Source: Breznakia sp. PF5-3
GTDB lineage: Bacteria; Bacillota_I; Bacilli_A; Erysipelotrichales; Erysipelotrichaceae
Assembly: GCF_029504745.1 (NCBI RefSeq)
Contig: NZ_JAQFIQ010000028.1
Coordinates: forward strand, 1-32,000
Direction of reading: 5' to 3'
Length of the DNA stretch: 32,000 nt
The notes below the pieces were generated by a model. The model ran no database searches. It was given only the letters and a program-made list of their open reading frames with translations, and was not told the origin of the DNA. The translations under genes and the position numbers were made by a program. Below, one piece after another: positions 23,904 to 32,000 of this stretch. Position 1 is the first letter of the stretch. Each line of letters begins with the position of its first letter.

Positions 23904-26579
23904 TTATTGTAAACCTTCAAGATTGCGTTTTTTCCAAAATTTGCATAATAAACAGCCACTTAAACTAAGTAAAAATAAATTGAATTCTATCCTTTCACCA
24001 TGTCTATCTCCTGCGGAAACAACTGCCTTGCTAAGGGTTTCATTCTCACTTTGCATTGACTTGCTTTTTCCACCAGCGATACTCATAGCATTCTTCGCAT
24101 CAACAACCACCTCTACAGAAAGTTCACCTTCTATAGAATTCCCTGAATAGTCTTGTGCGATCGCTGAAAAAGTTAACTTAAAGACACCTCCTTCTATGTT
24201 GACTTCATTTATTTTTTTTAGTTGTTTTTCATTTACTTTTATAATATTGTCATTACTTTTTTCGTCCAGTTTATGATATATCTTAATTTCCGCTTCCCCA
24301 ATAGCATCTTCTGCTTGTAAAGCTTTCGCTTCATCATACGTCAGATGTATATTTCTACCTGAAATTATCATTTCCTCATTTGGTCCAATTGGATATGTAT
24401 TATTACCATAAACGGTTACTGTAACTTTTTTACTTACTTCATAGTTGTTTGCTTTTATTGTATATAGCAGTTCAAACACACCACCTTGTGATGATACATT
24501 TTTAATCTGCTGCCATTGTTCTTCATGTATGCCAATACTACTACCAACATCAGCAAATCCACTTATTTGTCCATCGGTTGTTCGTTTCATCAAAAATGAG
24601 CGAACGTTAGATTTACTTATTGCTTGACTCTTTGTTAAGCTTTGCACTTCATCATATGTAAATTGCAGATTATCTGCACCAATTACTAGATTTGATAAAC
24701 TATCCATAACACTATTTCTATTTGTTATTAATACTTGAATTGTTTTTGTTCCTTTTTTACCATCCTTATTTATTGCTTCATAATTAACATCATAGATTCC
24801 AATAGCATTAAATTCTGCATTCCCATTCTTAAGTGCATAATGAATATCATCATAATCAATTGCTTGTTTTATTGGTTCTGCACCAATAGTATCCTGTGCC
24901 TTTAACCAATATGCATCCACACGATTTCGAATACTATAATCTATATTCGTATTTCCCAGTTCATATTTTTGTGGTTTCGCAAGAATTACAGGCTGACCAT
25001 GAACTTTTATTTTTCTTTGATATGTTGCACTATAGCCTTCTGTATCTTCGATTGAATAGGTCACTTGATAAGTCCCTGCTTTTTTATTGTTAATATTCGT
25101 AGATGCAACCTCAACATCACTTGTAATATCATTTCCTAAGATATCGTATGCTTTCACATCTTTCATCAAATCATATGTATCGCCTACGTATAATTCTATG
25201 TCATTTGCTGTAAAGCTTGGTTCTTCCCACCAAATAATCGGTTGGGTTACTTCTCCAACATACCATGTATCATCACCAAAATAATTTAATGAATATTGAT
25301 AAACATCATCGGCAGTTGGATCTAGTGTTAATTCAATTGATTCATATGTTTGTCCATCTATTGTCATTGGAATTGTATTCCCATAACGATCTTTCACAAT
25401 TGATGTAACTATAACCTTTCCAGTTGCTTTATCACCAATTAATGAAGTCTCATTTGTATAGCGTTGACCCTGATTATTGTTTGGATCTTGATATGGATCT
25501 GCATCAGAATTATGTCTTACATAAACAACAGCAGAAACATTCGCTAACGCTGATAAATCCGTAACATGATTGTTATTAAGCCAAATTGCTGCATTTCCAT
25601 TTGTAGTAATTGTTGCTAATGGTGATATATCCGTAATATTGTTATTAGATAACTGCAATATATTAATCTTTGTAAGATTTGATAAAGGCGTGATATCGGT
25701 AATATTGTTATGATTTAATATAAGTCGCTTAGCATCTGTATAATGTTCAAAAATACTAATATCTGTAATATTGTTATTTTGAAAATGAAATACTACTTCT
25801 GGAATACAATCTGTTATTGGCAAAGTATTTAAATCATCATCATCAATGCCATTATTATTAAACATAATTTGCTCATCCAAATTTGGAAACCTAGAAGCTG
25901 TTAAAATTGAAAAATCATGAATCTCATTGGTTCCTGTGTTCCAATTATTAAATTCCATCTGAGATAAATATGGATAAACAGTATTGCGCATTGGCTCTAA
26001 ACTTTTAATATTGTGATCATTCAAATAAATATAACGTAGTGAAGTCATATACTCAATCCCTTGAAGATCACGAATACGTTTAGTAGGATTATTTTCAATA
26101 TAATAAATACTATCTACCTGTCCCAAATCCTCGATTGTGAAATTGCTATCTAAACCCTTTTCAAACACTAGGTAATTATAAAAGTTAATATCTGGAACAA
26201 GATCAATCCCTGTAGCAGCACGAGTAGAAATTTGCTTTTGGATTTCTGTAATTTGAATTTCTTGTGTTGCCTTAGTTACCTTATTATCCATTTCATAAGT
26301 AATTGTTAAAGTATATACACCATTTTCTTCAATGATAATAGTAGGATCATTTATATCTAAAATAGTATCTTCAAATACAAGTTCACGAATTCCATATGTT
26401 TGTATTGCTTCTTTCGAGATGTTAATCTTAGCTCTTTGATTATGCAACTCATAGAAAGTAGTATATGTTAACGTAAAATTCTCATCTGCATCAGCTTCAT
26501 TTAAAAGTACAAAACAACTAATTAGTAAATATGAAAACACGATACATATAAATTTTACAAAATTTTGTTTATACCTCAT
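23904..26579 (-). CDS. internalin-like LRR surface protein (891 aa from ATG 26579)
   Basis: Signal peptide MRYKQNFVKFICIVFSYLLISCFVLLNEADA with GAAGG RBS. About 22-aa LRRs (LILNHNNITDITPLSNLTKINILQLSNNNITDISPLATI...LNNNHVTDLSALANV). A DUF5011/Big-like domain (FTANDIELYVGDTYDLMKDVKAYDILGNDITSDVEVASTNINNKKAGTYQVTYSIED). Two modules related to the giant protein's 88-aa module. The C-terminus is VVSAGD plus a hydrophobic segment plus KKRN. Confidence 0.8.
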   Translation of the reverse strand: MRYKQNFVKFICIVFSYLLISCFVLLNEADADENFTLTYTTFYELHNQRAKINISKEAIQTYGIRELVFEDTILDINDPTIIIEENGVYTLTITYEMDNKVTKATQEIQITEIQKQISTRAATGIDLVPDINFYNYLVFEKGLDSNFTIEDLGQVDSIYYIENNPTKRIRDLQGIEYMTSLRYIYLNDHNIKSLEPMRNTVYPYLSQMEFNNWNTGTNEIHDFSILTASRFPNLDEQIMFNNNGIDDDDLNTLPITDCIPEVVFHFQNNNITDISIFEHYTDAKRLILNHNNITDITPLSNLTKINILQLSNNNITDISPLATITTNGNAAIWLNNNHVTDLSALANVSAVVYVRHNSDADPYQDPNNNQGQRYTNETSLIGDKATGKVIVTSIVKDRYGNTIPMTIDGQTYESIELTLDPTADDVYQYSLNYFGDDTWYVGEVTQPIIWWEEPSFTANDIELYVGDTYDLMKDVKAYDILGNDITSDVEVASTNINNKKAGTYQVTYSIEDTEGYSATYQRKIKVHGQPVILAKPQKYELGNTNIDYSIRNRVDAYWLKAQDTIGAEPIKQAIDYDDIHYALKNGNAEFNAIGIYDVNYEAINKDGKKGTKTIQVLITNRNSVMDSLSNLVIGADNLQFTYDEVQSLTKSQAISKSNVRSFLMKRTTDGQISGFADVGSSIGIHEEQWQQIKNVSSQGGVFELLYTIKANNYEVSKKVTVTVYGNNTYPIGPNEEMIISGRNIHLTYDEAKALQAEDAIGEAEIKIYHKLDEKSNDNIIKVNEKQLKKINEVNIEGGVFKLTFSAIAQDYSGNSIEGELSVEVVVDAKNAMSIAGGKSKSMQSENETLSKAVVSAGDRHGERIEFNLFLLSLSGCLLCKFWKKRNLEGLQ

Positions 26580-27759
26580 TACGCACAACCTTCTTTCTCT
26601 TTTGATAGTATAGATAAATAAGTACAATCAATAATGATATAATAAATGGAATTGCACTAATCAACAGTTTGAATGGAAAAGATTTTTCGGCATTAATTTT
26701 AAGTTTAGTAAAAAAATCAATATAGAATCTCTCAGGCGAAGAAACTATTTTACTATCATATTCTGTGTATATACTTCCTTCAATGATTTTATCCACACGA
26801 TAGGATAATCCTGATTTTGATATTTCATCCTTTTGGTACAATGCATACACAACTGTATCCTCTGTGATATCATGCAAATCTTCCGACCACCCTAAAAATG
26901 TATTATTATTTTTCTTCGGTCCTGCAATGGCTTCACCATCATCTCCATAATTTACAAAAGTTTGATAATAAAGTTCATTATCTACATAATATGAAACACG
27001 ATATTGCTTAATCACAAATGTAGCATATAAATTCATTGATTTTTTTATCTTTTCGCCATTATAAAAAAAACCTTTTCCATCTAACTGTGTATTAAAGCCA
27101 AGAAAACGATATCCTTTTTTCGAAACAAGTGGAGTATCTACTACTTGATTATTTTTCACCTTTATTTGTTTCAACAATATCGTTCCATCATAGAAATTAA
27201 CTGTATGAGTTGTATTATTGAATCCAAACTTTCCTCGAAACGCATGTTCATAGGTTTCGCTTTTATCACCCATGGTAATTTCACTAGATAATATTTTCAT
27301 ATCTACACTGATTTTATCTCGTGAAGACCCGATTGTCATAACTTCTAAATCATAAGTTGTTTTCGTACTATTTAAAGCAATCGCTTTTCCATTATTGAGA
27401 TAAGAAGTATATTCATCCTGTGAAGCATTACGACCATTAATTTTTAATACTCCCTTATAATAATCTTTAAATTTGATACCTTCTTTTTCTATAAATAAAA
27501 TTTTAGAGTCAACCACTCCTGAATGATTCACTACATTCATTGTAATTTTAACAGTTGATCCATAAGGAACATCTGTAGTACTCTCTAGGCTATATGCCTG
27601 TCCTGAAGCAGATATTACTTTAGCACTTGAAGATAGTGACAAATCAAAGTAAACCTCTTTTGCTTCCACGCTAAAAATACCAGTGAGTAAACTAAACACC
27701 ACTGATATCGTTAACACTGCAAATGTTACTACCTTTCTTATTGTCCCTGTCTTATTCAT
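26569..27759 (-). CDS. membrane protein with two InlB-B / Listeria-Bacteroides (Flg_new) repeats (396 aa from ATG 27759)
   Basis: Signal peptide MNKTGTIRKVVTFAVLTISVVFSLLTGIFSVEA. HTVNFYDG...KKGYRFLGFNTQLDGKG...NLYATF and YRVSYYVDNE...NNTFLGWSEDLHDITEDTVVYALY fit the repeat pattern. C-terminal TM helix plus QKRKK. The alternative TTG start at 27777 lacks an SD. The stop overlaps the next ATG by 11 nt. Confidence 0.75.
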   Translation of the reverse strand: MNKTGTIRKVVTFAVLTISVVFSLLTGIFSVEAKEVYFDLSLSSSAKVISASGQAYSLESTTDVPYGSTVKITMNVVNHSGVVDSKILFIEKEGIKFKDYYKGVLKINGRNASQDEYTSYLNNGKAIALNSTKTTYDLEVMTIGSSRDKISVDMKILSSEITMGDKSETYEHAFRGKFGFNNTTHTVNFYDGTILLKQIKVKNNQVVDTPLVSKKGYRFLGFNTQLDGKGFFYNGEKIKKSMNLYATFVIKQYRVSYYVDNELYYQTFVNYGDDGEAIAGPKKNNNTFLGWSEDLHDITEDTVVYALYQKDEISKSGLSYRVDKIIEGSIYTEYDSKIVSSPERFYIDFFTKLKINAEKSFPFKLLISAIPFIISLLIVLIYLYYQKRKKVVRNEV

Positions 27760-27766
27760 ATTCGCC

Positions 27767-29086
27767 CTAACTTTCAATATTCACTATATAAGAAATCATA
27801 TTTCCTGATTTATCATAAATAGTTACATAAACCTCTCCTTCAAATTCTTTTTTTATTTCGCCATTTTTTGGAATTGCTATTTTCTCTTCTTTATACAAAA
27901 TATAAGATGAAGCATAATTTAGCCCTAAACCTTCATCTTTTAATTTGACTGATAAAGTTCCATCTTCATAACCAATATCAACCATCTCTGGTGCTTTTTT
28001 ATCAATATTGTCAATCGATATTTTTTGAATATCCTCAGCAACTTTGATTGTATAATCACCATTTCTTTCAACTTGGAATGATAAAACATCATTCTGGATA
28101 TCAAAAGCAATCGCTTCCTTTCCTTGTTTTACATTAACTTTAGATTTCTCAACATTCTTATTTAACTTTGCTTTTACTTCAATTTTCTTATTTGTTGGTT
28201 CTTGATAATAACTTATATCTAGAATTTGTGGTGTCTCTGTATTCAAGTTTTGATATACCACATAACTTCCTGCAGCTCCTAATCCAAGGATTCCTACAAG
28301 TGCCGCTTTTGCTATATCAGATATAAAATTACCTCCTATCGCCGCTGCTGGAACAACCACAGATGCGGCATTGGATCCAGAATGAATAATTTTGTTATAG
28401 ATTTCAGTCGCTCCACTCGTAGACATCTTATTTTTTTGAATAATGTCAGCAAACAATCGATATGCGAATGGGGTAAACGTAAACCCGAAATACTTAGCTG
28501 GAGAATATCCTCGTTCTGCTAATCCAGGTTTAATAACTTTCCTAATTCTTCTAAGTCTTGTTTTTACTGTACCTTCTGGTATCTTTAGTATATAGGCAAT
28601 CTCATTAATTGATAGCCCTTCATAATACTTCAACATCCCGACTTCAAAAAACTTATCAGAAAGTTGATTAAGTTCTGATTTAATCGCATCATAAACTTCT
28701 TTACTTTCTACTTCGTGTACTTGATCATTATCAACACGAATAATTTCTTCTAAATTTGTCTCTTCGTTTAAATCAACTTGTTTTGATCGTTTACGGTAAA
28801 GCGATTGTGAACGATTAAACGCAATCGTGAAAAGCCAAGAATGAAAAGCTTTATTAGACTTTAAAACTTGGATATTTTCAAATACATTCACAAATGTTTC
28901 CTGTACAATTTCTTCTGCATCTGCTGCATTCTTCATCAACTTCAAACCAAAGTAATAAATCGAGTCCCGATAAAAATCATATATCACATTAAATGCTTCA
29001 ATATCACCATTACGAAAACGTTCGATATATTCAACATCGATTTCTCTTCGATTTCCTGTTTTTTTATACTCTTTCTTGGATTTCAT
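27767..29086 (-). CDS. ECF-type sigma-70 family factor fused to a TM segment and a C-terminal extracytoplasmic domain (439 aa)
   Basis: Region 2 at aa ~25-98 (AEEIVQETFVNVFENI..., FHSWLFTIAFNRSQSLYRKR). Region 4 at aa ~138-187 (LSINEIAYILKIPEGTVKTRLRRIRKVI). Hydrophobic segment at aa ~241-278 (IAKAALVGILGLGAAGSYVVY). A beta-rich tail of 160 aa follows. No region 3 and no stop codon between the parts. Confidence 0.85.
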   Translation of the reverse strand: MKSKKEYKKTGNRREIDVEYIERFRNGDIEAFNVIYDFYRDSIYYFGLKLMKNAADAEEIVQETFVNVFENIQVLKSNKAFHSWLFTIAFNRSQSLYRKRSKQVDLNEETNLEEIIRVDNDQVHEVESKEVYDAIKSELNQLSDKFFEVGMLKYYEGLSINEIAYILKIPEGTVKTRLRRIRKVIKPGLAERGYSPAKYFGFTFTPFAYRLFADIIQKNKMSTSGATEIYNKIIHSGSNAASVVVPAAAIGGNFISDIAKAALVGILGLGAAGSYVVYQNLNTETPQILDISYYQEPTNKKIEVKAKLNKNVEKSKVNVKQGKEAIAFDIQNDVLSFQVERNGDYTIKVAEDIQKISIDNIDKKAPEMVDIGYEDGTLSVKLKDEGLGLNYASSYILYKEEKIAIPKNGEIKKEFEGEVYVTIYDKSGNMISYIVNIES

Positions 29087-29115
29087 AAAGTATCGCCCCC
29101 ATCCACTTCATGTAT

Positions 29116-29141
29116 GACGCTTAAGTCAGCGAAAAAGTTCA
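29116..29141 (-). promoter_or_regulatory. ECF-type promoter candidate P1 (autoregulatory, sigma operon)
   Basis: On the - strand: TGAACT-TTTTCGCTGACTTAAG-CGTC (16-nt spacer), followed by ATAC, ending 29 nt upstream of ATG 29086. It lies directly downstream of the terminator that insulates it from grcA. Confidence 0.6.
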
Positions 29142-29179
29142 CTTTCTTCATACTATTTATAACAAAAATACTTACTTAT

Positions 29180-29230
29180 AATAAAAAATGTTGTAACTTG
29201 CTATTTTTTCGTAATGAATTACAACATTTT
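29180..29230 (-). terminator. rho-independent terminator after the GrcA-like gene
   Basis: AAAATGTTGTAA (29185-29196) pairs with TTACAACATTTT (29219-29230). On the - strand the stem runs into TTTTTTATTAT. Confidence 0.7.
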
Positions 29231-29237
29231 CCTTAAT

Positions 29238-29471
29238 TTACATACCTGCATGCATAGTACGATGTATTACATCATCTTGCTGTTCTTTGGTAAGTTTATT
29301 AAAATTCACAGCATATCCAGATACTCGAATTGTTAATTGAGGATACTTCTCTGGATTTTTTTGAGCATCTAATAATATTTCTCGATTAAATACATTTACA
29401 TTCAAATGATGCCCACCACTTGCTGCATATCCATCAATCATTGTTACCAAATTACTAATACGATCTTTCAT
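29238..29471 (-). CDS. grcA: autonomous glycyl-radical cofactor (GrcA/YfiD-like), 77 aa
   Basis: [54 protein letters not shown] is collinear with the C-terminal glycyl-radical segment of pyruvate formate-lyase, including the RVSGYAV radical-Gly motif. Confidence 0.85.
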   Translation of the reverse strand: MKDRISNLVTMIDGYAASGGHHLNVNVFNREILLDAQKNPEKYPQLTIRVSGYAVNFNKLTKEQQDDVIHRTMHAGM

Positions 29472-29552
29472 AAGTATACCAACCTTTCTATTGCTTATAC
29501 CTATGTATAATATAACGCATCTATGTTGTAATGATAAACTATTTGCCCAGAA

Positions 29553-30407
29553 TTATAATTCTTTAAAATATTGAATAGCCAAACACCCAAGCCCTGTATG
29601 AACACCAACTACACTAACAAGCTTAATTAAATCATAATTCGCCTTAGGGAAAGCCGCCTTATACTTTTCAATCAATGCTCTTGCAGCTTCTTCTGCAACC
29701 ACGTGAGCAACTGTGATACTGTACCCTTCACCTTCACCAAAAATCTCTTTTTTCATAATCTCCAATGTTGTATCCAAAGCTTTACTCATTGTTCTTACTT
29801 TATCAAGAACATCTATCTTCCCATTGGTTTTTTTATTAATTTCCAATATTGGTTTAATCTTCAATAAACCTCCTAGTGTTGCAGCAAAAGGCGTTAACCT
29901 TCCTCCACGTCTTAAATGATTAAGATCATTAGGAACTAATAATGTATTTGTTGAATTACATATTTGTGAAAGAATTTGTTTAATCTCATCAATAGACTTT
30001 CCTTCTTCATATAATTCTTTGGCACGAACAACCATATATTTTTCAACCATTGCTGTAACATGATTATCAAAATAATCAAAATTGATTCCCACTTCTTTTG
30101 CTGTCATTTCCATTGCATCAATTGTGCCACTTAACCCCTTGCAAATAGGAACTGCAAAAATCATATCATATCCTTCATTTTTTAAACGATTAAATAAGTC
30201 TTCAATTTTCCCCAATGGAGCTAAAGACGTTTTCATCATTTTTCCTTTTTCCATTAAATCATATACTTGATCAACATTGATATCTTCATTTTCTAGCAAT
30301 GAAACATCATCATATGATATCTGTAACGGAACACTAAAACAACCTAATTTTTCTACCTCATCAACACTTAAGCCAGTACCGCTATCTGTAACAAATGCAA
30401 CTTTCAT
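29553..30407 (-). CDS. degV: DegV/FakB-family fatty-acid-binding protein (284 aa)
   Basis: MKVAFVTDSGTGL..., TSLAPLG, RGGRLTPFAATLGGLLKIKPIL, VVGVHTGLGCLAIQY. Confidence 0.9.
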   Translation of the reverse strand: MKVAFVTDSGTGLSVDEVEKLGCFSVPLQISYDDVSLLENEDINVDQVYDLMEKGKMMKTSLAPLGKIEDLFNRLKNEGYDMIFAVPICKGLSGTIDAMEMTAKEVGINFDYFDNHVTAMVEKYMVVRAKELYEEGKSIDEIKQILSQICNSTNTLLVPNDLNHLRRGGRLTPFAATLGGLLKIKPILEINKKTNGKIDVLDKVRTMSKALDTTLEIMKKEIFGEGEGYSITVAHVVAEEAARALIEKYKAAFPKANYDLIKLVSVVGVHTGLGCLAIQYFKEL

Positions 30408-30419
30408 AAGTTGATCCTC

Positions 30420-31268
30420 CTATACCTTCTTAATATATTGTAATCCTAGACATCCAACTCCTGTATGAACAGAAATCACAGGCCCTATAAACCCAAACAC
30501 ATTATCATTATTTGGATATTTACCAAAATATAAATCTCTTAATTCTTCAGCTGTTTCTTTTGCATCAGTATGTAAGACGACCACTTCATAATCATCCATA
30601 ATTCCTTCATCTGCAAATGTATCAACTGCCATTTTCATAGCTTTGCTCATGGTTCTAACTTTTGAAAAAGTATCTATTTTACCTTCACTTGTTTTGTTTA
30701 ATTTTAAAACTGGTTTAATCTTCAACATTCCACCTAATGCTGCAGCTAAAGGCGTTAATCGCCCCCCTCGCTTTAAATGATCTAAATCATCTGGAATAAT
30801 CAATGTATTACTATTTTCAATACTATTATTTAAACGTTCTAAAATTTCTTCTAAATCTTTTCCTTCATCTACCAATTGTTTTGCAGCTTTTGCAATATAT
30901 TGTTGAATATAACAAGTCGTATGACATTCTATGCAAGTCAAATCAAAATCATTATTATCTGCCAACATTTTCACATTCTGCATCGTGCTTGATAACCCAC
31001 TTGTAAGAGGAACAAAAATCCCATGATCATATCCTTCTTTTTTTAATTTATGAAATAAATCTTCCACCATACCTACTGGTGGAAGTGATGTTTTCATCAT
31101 CTTGCCATCACGGATCATCTGAAATATTTCTTCACAAGTCGTATCGTATCCATCTAAATATACTTGTTCATCATCAATGATCTGCAATGGCAAAAAATGA
31201 ATGCCCATCGCTTCTGCCTGATCTTTATTCAATCCACTACCACTATCTGTAATTACTGCAATTTTCAT
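30420..31268 (-). CDS. degV: DegV/FakB-family fatty-acid-binding protein (282 aa)
   Basis: MKIAVITDSGSGL..., TSLPPVG, RGGRLTPLAAALGGMLKIKPVL, VISVHTGVGCLGLQY. Located 12 nt from the next paralog. Confidence 0.9.
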   Translation of the reverse strand: MKIAVITDSGSGLNKDQAEAMGIHFLPLQIIDDEQVYLDGYDTTCEEIFQMIRDGKMMKTSLPPVGMVEDLFHKLKKEGYDHGIFVPLTSGLSSTMQNVKMLADNNDFDLTCIECHTTCYIQQYIAKAAKQLVDEGKDLEEILERLNNSIENSNTLIIPDDLDHLKRGGRLTPLAAALGGMLKIKPVLKLNKTSEGKIDTFSKVRTMSKAMKMAVDTFADEGIMDDYEVVVLHTDAKETAEELRDLYFGKYPNNDNVFGFIGPVISVHTGVGCLGLQYIKKV

Positions 31269-31286
31269 ATATTTACGCTCCTAATT

Positions 31287-32000
31287 TTAAATTTTTAATG
31301 TTGATTGTATGGCAACACATCCCAATCCGCCATGACATGTAAGTACGGATGGCAATTCATTAATTTCACATTCAATATCATCAAATACCGCTTTCAGCAT
31401 TTTTTCTGCCTGTAATGCTCCCTTTGCATTATCTGCATGAAGTATATAAAGTTTATTCGTCAATGAATTCACATTCAAATCCCTAAACTTATCTACACAA
31501 AGTTGAATAACTTTTCCCTCTGTTCGTGCCATACCAAAACGATCAACTACACTACCATCTTCTTTTAAATATAAAAGTGGTTTAATTTTTAATAATGATG
31601 CCATATTGGCAGCAAGTGGTGAAACTCTTCCACCTTTCTTTAATTGTGTAAGCGTTTCAGGATATAAAAAGGAAAATTGGTTTTGATATTTCATATCTAA
31701 CATCTTTAATATTTCTATAATATCTTTTCCTTCATTCGCCATTTCTTTAGCACGGATGGCTCCATCCATAATTGGTGCACCGACACTACGGGTATCAACA
31801 ATATAAACATTATCCATTTCTAACTGCTTTTTCACCATATGAAAAGTATGATTTGTTCCACTTAAATCACTCGAACAAGTTAATACAATAATCGCATCAT
31901 AATTTTCAGTTTTCCATTTTTCCATTAATTCTGTAACATACCCAACACTTGGTTGACTAGTAGTAGGAACCAATCCTTCTCTAAGCTTTTCATAAAGGAC
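31287..32000 (-). CDS. degV: DegV/FakB-family protein, 5' end outside the window (partial)
   Basis: TSQPSVGY, KGGRVSPLAANMASLLKIKPLL, TCHGGLGCVAIQ. The frame stays open from 31973 to 32000 (..VLYEKLREGLVPTT). The track start at 31973 is an internal TTG. Confidence 0.85.
   Translation of the reverse strand, partial: VLYEKLREGLVPTTSQPSVGYVTELMEKWKTENYDAIIVLTCSSDLSGTNHTFHMVKKQLEMDNVYIVDTRSVGAPIMDGAIRAKEMANEGKDIIEILKMLDMKYQNQFSFLYPETLTQLKKGGRVSPLAANMASLLKIKPLLYLKEDGSVVDRFGMARTEGKVIQLCVDKFRDLNVNSLTNKLYILHADNAKGALQAEKMLKAVFDDIECEINELPSVLTCHGGLGCVAIQSTLKI

Noticed and set aside
29472-29552. Possible promoter for the GrcA-like gene (TTTATC-17-TTATAT) and a GAATTATAATTC palindrome at the DegV stop.
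   Set aside because: The elements are too degenerate in an AT-rich background to call. The gene may instead be co-transcribed with the DegV array.
1-32000. Mobile element, prophage or horizontal-transfer boundaries around the surface island.
   Set aside because: I noticed no integrase, transposase, tRNA or flanking direct repeats. By eye, composition looks similar inside and outside the island. I have no positive evidence for mobility.

Overview
The window looks like a low-GC, anaerobe-type Bacillota (Firmicutes) chromosome segment; I cannot resolve the taxon further. I saw no rRNA, tRNA, CRISPR array, transposase or integrase.

Left end (1-4.1 kb): metal and oxidative-stress housekeeping genes. 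copA (a Cu+ P1B-ATPase with N- and C-terminal HMA domains) and csoR lie on the + strand. They converge on a perR-like Fur-family gene plus rubrerythrin on the - strand. Both units have readable promoters and palindromic operators.

Right end (29.2-32 kb, - strand): a 77-aa GrcA-like glycyl-radical protein and three tandem DegV/FakB paralogs. The last paralog runs off the window.

Middle 25 kb (4.1-29.1 kb, all - strand): an accessory cell-surface island. In transcription order it holds:
- an ECF-type sigma factor fused in one ORF to a membrane segment and a ~160-aa outside domain
- an InlB-B-repeat (Listeria-Bacteroides repeat) membrane protein
- an internalin-like LRR protein
- a 4,841-aa (14.5 kb) giant repeat adhesin
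- a small lipoprotein
- a secreted 446-aa repeat protein
- an operon of membrane-anchored bactofilin, BspA-type LRR protein and type I signal peptidase

Main hunt result: an ECF-type promoter motif, TGAAC(C/T)-N16-CG(T/A)C, sits upstream of the sigma gene itself. It recurs upstream of the giant adhesin gene and the bactofilin operon, and in weaker form upstream of the 446-aa gene. This suggests a one-component, membrane-tethered sigma factor controlling the whole surface island.

Secondary results:
- The adhesin is built from 6 DUF5011-like domains and about 39 copies of an unassigned 88-aa module.
- It contains a near-identical ~3.4 kb in-frame tandem duplication.
- Three island proteins end in non-LPXTG x-[VI]-x-[TA]-G-D sorting-like signals.
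- copA has an in-frame CopZ-like domain with its own SD and ATG.
- A perfect 33-bp palindrome lies at the perR promoter.

All functional assignments come from motif recognition by eye. No database search was run.
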